Assembly: GCA_951406725.2 (NCBI GenBank)
Contig: OX597817.1
Span: 115,134,001 to 115,198,000 of the forward strand
Direction: 5' to 3'
Length of the DNA: 64,000 bases
Origin: Octopus vulgaris
Lineage: Eukaryota
Shown here: one piece after another, positions 53,402-64,000 of the stretch
Position numbering within the stretch: the stretch's first letter is position 1
Layout of the letters: each line of letters begins with the position of its first letter
Made by a program: the position numbers and the translations under genes
Notes under the pieces: generated by a model
Database searches by the model: none
Told to the model about the DNA's origin: nothing
The model's input: the letters and a program-made list of their open reading frames with translations, nothing else

Positions 53402-53630
53402 AAGCGGCGAGCTGGCAGAGACATTAGCACGCCGGTCGAAATTCTTATCGGTATTTCATTTGCCGTTAAGTTCTGAGTTCGAATTCCGCGCAAGTTCGAC
53501 TTTGCCTTTCATCCTTTGGGGTCGATTAAATAAGTACCAGTTACGTACCGGGGTCAATGTAATCGAATGAATCCCCTTGTCCTTGTTTGTCCCCTCTATG
53601 TTTAGCCCCCTGTGGGCAATAAAGAAATAA
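53402..53630 (+). mobile_element. Full-length SINE family A
   Basis: gcggcgagctggcaga...GAGTTCGAATTCC...ctttgcctttcatcc...gtgggcaataaagaaata. Confidence 0.92.
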
Positions 53631-54480
53631 ATTATAGCTATAAACGAATAGAATATTTCAGTTTGCTAAGAGGTTGCAAAGTAAGTAGTAGCGCAATCTA
53701 CATCAAATGACTGCCTGCATTTCACCTTTTCGGGATCTATAAAAATATGTACCTGTTGAGCTCTGGGTTGATATAATTGACTTACTCTCTCCCAAGATAT
53801 TTCAGGCCTTACTTAAATCCTATGAAACTCTATCTCGCGCAAATTGCCAAAAATATAGCATTTTGGGTAGGTATGAAACTGATAATGTGCTGTAGTGTTT
53901 CCTAATATAAAAATTGTGACGATATGAAAAATAAAAACGAAACTAATCGAAACAAAGCTAAATACACTAAAAATACAGAAACGAAACAAAAATATGTAAT
54001 AGAATAAAGGAAAAAAGAACAAAAAATAAATAAAAGAAGATGATGAAAAATTTCTATTCTTCGGAAGCGAAAACAACATATTTTATATTTACAATTTTGA
54101 ACCGCTCACTCACATTACTGAAAAGTAAACATGACTCATTACATTCATATGAGAAAACAAGACAGCTGTTCGTGGTTAACTTTCTCATTTCCTGCTAATA
54201 ATATATTTTCTTTGCAGGAAAAAAAAAACCCAGCCTAATAATCAAAATAATTTTAGAAGAAACAAGAAGTGATCCATAAGAAAGCTAACTCACACACACA
54301 TGCATTTTCTCTCACACAAATAAAAACTCTCATATATACGTGTTTGCAATATATATATAGAGATAGATAGACAGATAGATATATAGATGCATATATACGT
54401 ATGCATACACATTTATGTATATATATATATATATATACAAATGTATATATGTATGTTTGTGTGTGTGTTTGTATATACAT

Positions 54481-54539
<59 letters not shown>

Positions 54540-55467
54540 CATACATACATATAGATACATTCATATGTATATACGTATACATATATGCCTGTGGATGTGA
54601 GTGTGTGTGTGCGCGCCTGAGTGAAGATATGAAAATGTATTTTCCTAGAGAAACTAAGAAACTACACGGAAAGAAAAAATATGCATAATCAGATATTTCA
54701 CCACAGTATACTCATATCTTGTATGAAGCAGCAAAAAACGCAACCACGGTAAAGAAGTTTATTATTACATGAGTCCCCCTGACAAACTGACATTTATCCA
54801 CTCCCAACGATAAAACACCACGTATAAGATTTATATTTTTAGTCGGACAAAATCGGTCGTAATTTTAAATGATATGATAATGTCGAAATTAGTTGAATTA
54901 CCCAAGGAGTGATGATAATCCATGAACAAGCACACATTTTGCAGTTTGAATAATGCCATTGAATAGCAGCATATGCTTTTATTTAGAGTTACGATATTAT
55001 TTATTATATTTAAGTATATCTGACAGGAATTTGGAGGGTATACTATTTATATGTTACCAATCTTCGGGGAGAATTGGGTCATGGCAGTTGCTATAGCTTA
55101 CACTAGCTGCACATCATCGACTAAATATTTTAATGTAGACTGTGTTTCAAACGATTCTCTTTGATATGAAAACCCGTTATTGACGCACCAGCTGCACTTC
55201 GAATGATACGTTACTATTTCACAAAATAAGTTGATTTTTCTCACAATGGATTACTCACTCTGAAATCAGAGTTGCGAAGTAAAGCTTTTTTAGTTACAAT
55301 CTAAGAGGTTGGGCTGAGGATACAGCTAATTATATTGGTTAAGGGCCAGCTTGATGGCAGAAGCACGGTTTTTTGCCATGGTGATAGTTCTGTATATACA
55401 TATATTTGAATATATTTCTGTTTGGAACCCTTTTGAGCCAATTAGACTACGCGCACGCGCTCACACA

Positions 55468-55520
<53 letters not shown>

Positions 55521-55522
<2 letters not shown>

Positions 55523-55622
55523 TGTAAAAAAGAAGTTTGAAAACGCCACTATATTAGATAAATTTTTATTTTCTTATGAATTTATCTAATATAGTGGCGT
55601 TTTCAAACTTCTTTTTTACAAA
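55521..55622. repeat. Perfect 44-bp inverted repeat in (AT)n
   Basis: Arms 55521-55564 and 55579-55622; a short unique tail 55625-55655 follows. Confidence 0.9.
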
Positions 55623-55654
55623 TATATACCCACTCGTATACGAACTACTCTTAT

Positions 55655-55693
<39 letters not shown>

Positions 55694-56020
55694 TACGTAG
55701 CCAGGGTTATAATCCAATCTGTGTCCTTTCTGAAGCACATCTGCATATTCCTGTACTCCAAAATTGTGCTAGATATTATAATTAAGGCGGGCACATGAGC
55801 TGAAAAGTTCTGGAAAATAGTATCATCTGCAGGGTTATTACATATCAAAACAGAAGATTGGAAAATTTTTGGGGTATTATTTGCTCACCATTATACGTGT
55901 TTCATTTGCTAATAGAACTTATAAAGCAGTACATGTAGTATGCATGTATGTATGTATGTATGTATGTATGTATGTATGTATGTATGTATGTATGTATGTA
56001 TGCATGTATGTATGTATGTA

Positions 56021-56600
56021 TCTATTATATAAAGTCCGTTCTGTCTGTCTGTGTGTGTCTTCTAGGATCTCGGGCATACTCCATCCGATTGCGCTCAAGT
56101 TTGATATGTAGATACCTACGGTATCAGGGCATGTATGAGTCTTGAAAACATTACAAAAATCGATTCCAGGTGAGAATGCGATCGATAAAGCCGTGAGAGC
56201 GTGCATTTTTACGCGCAAGTAAATCAGCTGTTGCGATCGCTACTACGCGTACGCGAGAAAAACGCACGTGCAGTTTGCGCAGAGGTTCTCGAGGCAAAAG
56301 TTATCACGGGTCCAGGAGTAGGGGATGTTGTTGTTATTTCCCGCATGCCATTGATTCCGTCAGACTGTGTTTACCCGATGAAACACGTTCAATTCCCTAT
56401 TCGCCTGAGCTTCGCGATGACCATCAACAAAGCACAGAGGCAGTCATTGAAAGTCGTGGGGTTGGATCTTAGCACTCCCTGATTTTCGCACGGACAACTG
56501 TATGAGGGCTGTTCGAGGGTTGGCTATTCGACAAACCTTTTCTACTACGCTCCAGACAGAGTAGCATGGAATGGGGTTTACAAGGCTGCGCTCCACTAGC
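56021..56600 (+). mobile_element. Internally deleted Helitron retaining the PIF1 helicase C-terminus
   Basis: 5' A|TCTATTATATAAAG; QFPIRLSFAMTINKAQRQSL...P*FSHGQLYEGCSRV (helicase motifs V and VI); 3' hairpin not found. Confidence 0.85.
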
Positions 56601-57186
56601 TTTTCCATGCCCTTGAACATCCCGTAAAGTAAGTTAGCTTAAAATTAGTTACTTAGTTCCCCATGTTGTTGCTTTTCATCAAAAATCGCCCCAAGTTGAT
56701 TTCCTACATGTTTTATCGGATAAACGTATTATTATCGCAGGTATGTTCTCGTACATTCATCATACTTTTCCATCTAGATTTACCTCCAGCTAACCCATTT
56801 GTATGCATCGTTTTGTCCTGCTTTTCGTCCGTCAACCAGTACCTAACTGCACCTTCCATTTTTGTTGTTTTTGTACTGCTTAAAGACACGTTTCTTTCCT
56901 GCCAAGCTTACTGTTTAAACCATGTTTGTGTTCTCCCAGTCAACAGCCTTATCATTACTGGTATTTTAAACTCTTCGGTTGTATATTTGTGTGAGTAAAA
57001 TCGTTTTTCTTTGGAATAGACAAAAAGTCTATCTTTATTTCTTCTTTTGCTGGTGTCTCAAGTTTATGTTACTTCAGTGTTTCTCAAAGGGGAGGTCTAT
57101 GGGACGGTCGGACAAGTTGTTTTGAGAAAATTTGGTTTAGATGTTTGACAACTCAGCATCGTCCATTGGACGGGGGCGTTTTGCTC

Positions 57187-57231
<45 letters not shown>

Positions 57232-58223
57232 TATGTATATATGTATGTGTGTATGTATGTATGCATGTATGTATATATGTATGTATAGTGTAAGTGATAG
57301 AGGAACAGAAAGAGAATATACGATTGGGGAACATAACGTCTACATTAATATGAACACAAACGCACATATTCGTAAGGTTACAAATCTTTGTGATCATGCA
57401 GACAGATAACACACGCACACACACAAACACACACACACTCACTCACACACACACACACAAACAAACACACACACACGCACAGACACAGACACACACACAC
57501 ACAGATTTGTGCGCGGCGGTTGGTATCTATGTACTTTTTTACTTTTGTTTCTCTCTTCCTTATTTAGTAAAGAAACCGAAACATTTGTAAGTGAATTGAA
57601 AATGAAAAAAAAATCTATTACCAAGACGTCTAATTTATCATGTTGATCTGCTGCTGTTTCATTTAGCTTTTAACTAAAGTTCCAGATTCTTTTTCAAGCC
57701 GTCCTACCAATCAAAAATATGTTACAACTACCAAAACACGTCAGTCACTCGTGATATTAGATCGAGTACTGATTGTGAAGAAGAAAATATATTGGAGATA
57801 AATATATTTATATTTTAAGACACAGTAACCGAGCCAGTTTCTTTAAATTAAAGTAATATAATTAACTTGAAAAATATACATGTGAATGAATACAAATGTA
57901 TGCATTCGGGTTTATGATCTTTATAATTTGATTTCTATATTTAGCACTGTGAAACATAATTTAATTTTATAACTAGTCGAAGAGTCTAGCATATCTGCTT
58001 TTGCTAGGTAATTGATGTATGTCGCAGGTACTTTTCTCTGACATGAAGTTTCGATCCTCAGTTAAGAGAAAGACCATGGCTATTGACTCAATAGAATGTC
58101 GATGAAATAAGATTTTCGCATCTTGCATTTTCTTGATAATACTTCTGGTGTTAGGTCTCTAGCTATCCTTCAATAACATACTGCAATCTCACACAAGTGC
58201 ATACGCAGTAGGATATACAACTA

Positions 58224-59459
58224 TCAGGTCATCCCATAAGTTCTGTCCGATTTTACCTTTTATAAAATTGAATGAAATTTAATAGTATTTTAAAATGTCT
58301 AATGGAATTAAAAGTTATTTTTATGCATTTGTATACATTTAAACTAATTAAATATTATTTTACAGAATATCAGAATTAAACTTTCCTTGATTAAAACTCT
58401 TTCTAACATGGAAGTATTTAAAAAGCATTTGAGGCACATAATGCTTTATGAGTACAAAAAAGGAAACTCTGCTGCCAAAATGACTCGAAACATACAATCA
58501 GTTTATGGGAAGAATGCTTGAATGAAAGAACTTGCAGAAGATGATTTGCAAAATTCAGAAGTGGAGATGTCAGCCTTGAAGATAAAGGTCGAACAGGACG
58601 TCCAGTTGAGTTTGATGATATTCTCCTTGAGGCATTACTTGAAGAAAATCCTGCATTATTATTTGAAGAATTGGCAATGAAGCTTAGTTCAAACCATACA
58701 ACTGTTCATCGTCATCTTCAACAATGTGGAAAGATTCCTAAACTTGGAAAATGGGTGCCTCATGAATTGTTCGAAAGCAACTACAAATCCCGAGTTGACA
58801 TCTGCTCTTCTTTCCATTCTCGCGAACTCATTTCACCCTTTTTGGATAGACTTGTGACTGGTGACAAAAATGGATCTTCTATTGAAGTGTTAAACGTCGT
58901 AAACAGTGGCTTGGTAAAAGGGAAAAGGCTCACCCACAACCGACACGGGAACTTCATGGAAAAAAAGGTTCTTCTCTCTATTTGGTGGGATTGCAAAAGA
59001 GTAATTAACTTTGAATTGTTACCACCTAATGCAACAATCAGTGCTCAAGTCTACTGTCAGCAATTAGAGCATTTTAACGAAGCTTTGAAGAAAAAAGACC
59101 CACTTTAGGGAATCGAAAAGGAGTGATGTTAAATCAGGACAATGCGCGACCCCATACTGCAAAGATCACATCAAAGAAGATCGACCTTGCGCCTTCAGAC
59201 TACCATTTGTTTCGAAGTTTACAGAATCATTTGGGGGACATAACTTTCGCAAGCCAGGAGGAGGTCGAAACTGACATTTCAAAGTTCTTCGCTTTGAAAC
59301 CAAAAGAGTTTTACATTGATGGGATTAAATGGCTTGTAAATAGATGGAAGTCATAGATAATCAGGGAAAGTACATTGATGATTAAATTTCAATTAAACAT
59401 AACATTTGATCACTTGTTTTCTTTATTCAAAATCGAACAGAACTTATAGGATGACCTGA
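58224..59459 (+). mobile_element. Decayed mariner (DD34D) transposon
   Basis: 31-bp TIRs TCAGGTCATCC(C/T)ATAAGTTCTGT(C/T)CGATTTT; ATG at 58408; WVPHEL, VTGD, QDNARPH and DLAPSDYHLF motifs; frameshifts and loss of the HPPYSP segment near 59182. Confidence 0.95.
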
Positions 59460-59567
59460 TTATATACACATACAAAATCAATTTTAGTATTAGTTTACTT
59501 GCTCGTAGTGCTTGAGTTCAATTGAAGTCAAATGCTACTATCATTTCCTCATATTTGGTTCCATATT

Positions 59568-59703
59568 CTGGCACAAGGCCAGTAAGTTCGGGGGAGGTGG
59601 CAAACCAATTACATCAACCCTAATTTCCAAGTTGTACTTGTTTTATCGCCCCCCAGAAGATGAAAGGTAAAGTGAATCTTGGCGGAATTTGAACTCAGAA
59701 GTA
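59568..59703 (-). mobile_element. SINE family A fragment
   Basis: ggcacaaggcc...ggcggaatttgaactcagaa on plus. Confidence 0.7.
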
Positions 59704-60236
59704 AGTTTAATAATTTCTTCTCTTTAACGGCATGGTGTGTAAATATATCAGCAAGAGATCCACTCCAACAAATTGTAAAGAAGCTATACAGAATATTTAA
59801 AGTCGAGCTTTTAGATTTAGTCGAGTTTAATGAATTTTATAATATGTGCCATTTTACCACGATCCCCTTTCATTTGATCTACATATTCTAATTTTTTGTT
59901 GCATTTCTGATCTTTCTATCAATGTGTAGAAACCTTTTTTCAACTGTAATTCTGGGGAATTGAAGAGGCAGATTTAGTTTGTGTTACTCATTTTGCCATA
60001 GCTAAATTTGTCGTTTGCATGCTGAAAGGGACCGGAGATAATTTTCTGAAATAATGTTCTGAATATGTTACAGTATAGTGTGTTTAATGGATTTATAGAA
60101 GGTCGTTTGCTTAGCTGACAGTTTCTGAAAGTTACAGAACATTTGTAAAAATATATTATTGCTCAAAGTATATTCTTACTCAAAATGCAGTAATATATGT
60201 AATTAAATAAATTGGAACCAACAAGACGGAGTAGGT

Positions 60237-60465
60237 GGAGGCGCATGGCCTAGTGGTTAGGGTATCAGCACTCTGATCGTAAGATTGTGGTTTCGATTCC
60301 TGGACCGGGCGACGCGTTGTGTTCTTGAGCAAAACACTTCATTTCACGTTGCTCAAGTCCACTCAGCTGGCAAAAATGAGTAACGCTGCGATAGACTGGT
60401 GTCCCGTCCAGCTGGGGAACACATACGCCATAGAAAGCCTGGTTAGGCTTTAAAAGGGCGCAGAG
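60237..60465 (+). mobile_element. SINE family C
   Basis: TGGCCTAGTGG A box, GTTTCGATTCC B box, body as at 7596. Confidence 0.88.
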
Positions 60466-60896
60466 AGATTACAGAAGGAGGAGTAGAGAGGAACTTTTCT
60501 TTGTAATCACTAAAATTGATTTCACGCAACTTAGTTCTTCAGGTTCGCAGGTATTTACTTATATAACCATTTCCCTGCATTATGAGATCTTGTGTTTCAT
60601 CAGATGATATAGAAATATTGCTTCTGTGTTCTATAAATACAAGATCTCATAATGCAGAGAAACGGTTACATAGCCTAATACCTGGAGAACTGCACTGCGT
60701 GGAAACAATTGTAGTAATTACAAATAAATGTTCCTTTGTAGTCCTTCATGTTGACTCCAACTTATTCAATTATACATTCACGCTCTACAAAAGACACAAC
60801 GCAAATATGGCAGTAGGTATAATAGCAGGTTGGGTTAAATCTGAAGGTGGACGAGCTTTATACTGTACTCTACGTTCTTAACAGAATATAACTTAG

Positions 60897-60949
<53 letters not shown>

Positions 60950-60959
60950 CATACATACA

Positions 60960-61045
<86 letters not shown>

Positions 61046-61144
61046 TAATCCAAACATGAAAACACAAAGAGAAAACACAACAACGTGAGGATGTGGAACA
61101 AATATAGTATTATTGGACGCTCAGAAAGGAAGGGAAGAAGGAGG

Positions 61145-61179
61145 GTTTTACGTTTCGAGCGGAGCTCTTCGGCAGAAAC
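61145..61179 (-). ncRNA. Minimal type-I hammerhead motif, CUGCCGA variant, in a PLE-type repeat (about 61040-61250)
   Basis: GTTT-CTGCCGA-A-GAGC-TCC-GCTC-GAAAC-GTA-AAAC; all stems pair. Confidence 0.7.
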
Positions 61180-62939
61180 ATAGGAAAGGGAAAGATCCAG
61201 AGAAGAGAAGACGGAGGAAAAAAATCGCCAACTGTACACACGCGGTCATGTATGTATGTGATATATATATAATTTAGTAGTAACCATAACAAAGAGAGTA
61301 AAGTGATAGTGGGCAACCCGGAGTCACCAGAAATATCTCATTGAGATCGAACACGGGATACTACGATAACGAAATGAACTCCTTAACCATTCAGCCAAAA
61401 CCTGTGTCCACATGTAATAAAATGTCAGTTTAATTAACATACTCATATGCACACATATTACGACTTTAGTTTTAAACACCAACACACACACATACAGAAC
61501 AAAATGTATTGATATATGTTAGAATCACCATTTTTTTCCTGCAGCGTTGTGAATATTTCAAGTGGACTGAGCCAATTCGTTCAAATATAGTCGTCCTTTT
61601 GGCGCTCCTGATAATGTATTTATACCCAGAGTGATAATGGAATGCCACAATAAACTATTTATCCAAAACAAAGTCGTAATTGCAAGACGTCCGATCTCCG
61701 GAAGTCTTCTTCAACTGAGTGACAAAGATCCTTTCATTGTACAGGTAACTACTTTAAATATCATTGAACACCTGACCATCAGGTTGAGTCACATGAAATA
61801 GTAAGCATATAAATCGTGTGAAATATGCAACACTACCTCATGAATGTTATAGTCAGCTTTGCTTTACGAAACCCACGGCTAGCATTGTTCCAACCGTGGC
61901 AGTCCTATTTCATTTTTAAACATAGTAAATTAACTAGGATCACATCTAATATGTTATATGCGGCCTGAGAAATACTTTTTACTACTTTTAACAGATTGAT
62001 CAATTATATACAGCCTTTCTCGCTTTCTGTGTATTCATATAGATTCTGGTTACTGAAAATTTATAAGAGACGAGCAATGTTTCGGAACTGGAGAGTTGCT
62101 GCTACACTGCACTTTCCACCATTAGTGTGCATGCGAATACTATGTTGGAACTGTAAACCTTGTAGTTTGTTGCGACAAAAAACTATATCTTTACATATAC
62201 AGTTGGTCTTCCGTTTTGAAATTTCGCTTTTGTTGAACAGATTATCTGTAATTGTTGAACGTATGGAAACTGCATCGATAAAACTTTTTCGTGGCATTTA
62301 TAGTATGCTTATACTGGATGGAAAAAGACTGGTGACCCAGAGAGAATTTATATCGTCCAGGAGAGAACTGATATATGATTCACGTAATAATGTTGCTGTT
62401 TATTTCCGGTATTAGGTGACGACATTTAGTATGATGTTACCAAATATATGAAAAATTGTAAACGAATTAAACTGAATGTGGCTAAGGCGGAAAAACCTCT
62501 AATCTTCATAAAGAAGCTGTGTAGCAGCTACGGACACAATTCGGGCTTGAACGGAACAGATCATCTTAAATTATCTTTGTGCTGTGATTTGATTTTGTAG
62601 CTATATCGTCTACGTTTGCTGCAAAATCTGTACAATGTGCAACAACCACAGTGACCACAACAACAGCAGCATCACCAACAACGACAACAACAGTCACTAC
62701 GACAACAGCACCGCCACCACCAACAACAGAAATAATATCAACAACGAAGGAAGGAAAGAAAAAAGAAAGAAAGAAACGGAGAACTAATGAATGGGTATAC
62801 GTTAACCTTCCATACTAAGAAGAGAAAATAGAAAACAAGATAAGGAATGGCATCAAAAGGCCTGGTCTCCCTGTCAGAATCACGAGATGAGGCCACACCC
62901 TTAGATACTACCCCACACAAACAACACACTGGATACATG

Positions 62940-63360
62940 CTGTTTGAACCAATGCCCTATCAAAGAAAACTAGTCGACGAACAGCGTCCGACTGTCTTAA
63001 ATTTCATGTTGCGTACGAAATGATGTGTTCTTGCAGCGAAACATGTAACGGATCTATAAAGCGAGAACTTCGCGTCAGAGTAAAGGAACACATCCACAAG
63101 ACCACACCACCCAGCGTCGTATTCTAACACCACCAACATTGTAATGGGGATTTCTCTACCCGCATTCTAGTAAAGGGAACGGATGCAGTCAATCTCCGAA
63201 TAAAGGAGGCAGATTTCATTAAAAAGATGTTCAACCTTAACCGCCGGAATGAAGTAGACGGATAGAGATTCATATACTGCTTTGACAAACGCCCACAATA
63301 GCCACTACATAAAACACAGAACGTCTGATGAAGTATCCTTGATCCGAATGCGCTAATGAA
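62940..63360 (+). pseudogene. PLE GIY-YIG endonuclease remnant followed by a decayed hammerhead
   Basis: 62993-63265: HVAYEMMCSCSETCNGSIKRELRVRVKEH...SVVF*H...NLRIKEADFI...LNRRNE; CTGATGA-A-GTATC-CTT-GATCC-GAA at 63325-63348. Confidence 0.75.
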
Positions 63361-63435
63361 TGTAAATTTAAATTTAAATTTAAACGAACATCTAGCAACA
63401 CAGGTATATGCATATCACACGTCACTAGTAGGCGG

Positions 63436-63544
<109 letters not shown>

Positions 63545-64000
63545 GAATGTCTGTCTGTCTGTCCGTCCGTCTGTCTATCTGCCTTAAACCATTAGACATT
63601 ACTACTTTAAAACTTTAAAACCATAAAACTTTGAAATTCTATAACTTCATGACTGAAGATTTAATAAAAGATTTCAGAGATTCGTGGGAAATTCTGGAGA
63701 ATTTTCTGCGAAATTTTTGGAAATCTTTGTAAATTTTTGAAACTTTTTCGTGTTGTCTGCATTTTTCCAAATACTTCGAGTAATTTGAGGTTTGTGTAAT
63801 CTAGTAAAAACTCTTACCTTTCCACACTGTCTCATGTTTTCATTTTTTCATTTTCTGTTTCTCAATTTTTCCTTTTTAATTTCCTTCTGTCTTGTCCATA
63901 AGTGCCTTTGGCGTCTATTAACTTCTCTTAATTTTTTAAAATTTCGCTTGGTGTCCTCTACTTTTATTCTGATGCAATACTTCACTCTCCTCTTTTCCCT

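Noticed and set aside
62300-62510. Possible integrase zinc-finger remnant (DVTKYMKNCK)
   Set aside because: Key His and Cys residues are missing and no catalytic core follows.

Overview
AT-rich, microsatellite-saturated animal genomic DNA; the SINE families and repeat landscape point to an octopus/coleoid cephalopod (inference). I find no intact protein-coding gene, and almost every ORF in the track is a simple-repeat or transposon artefact. Recognisable content is mobile DNA: at least three tRNA-derived SINE families, decayed mariner (DD34D), maT (DD37D) and rosa-like (DD41D) transposons, Helitrons including a head-to-tail trimer, a TIR element with an 8-bp TSD, a probable solo LTR, and RTE and R4-like LINE fragments. 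The most striking signal is a dense set of Penelope-like element (PLE) insertions. About ten loci share one architecture: a 5'-truncated RT/GIY-YIG remnant plus pseudo-LTR, with an inverted pseudo-LTR copy, usually inside (AT)n/(CA)n tracts. They carry about a dozen intact or decayed minimal type-I hammerhead ribozyme (HHR) motifs with visible covariation. One PLE family has a TATA + tRNA-like Pol III module and a hypervariable trinucleotide repeat directly upstream of its hammerhead. All alignments and translations were done by eye; boundaries are approximate unless TSDs or TIRs are quoted.
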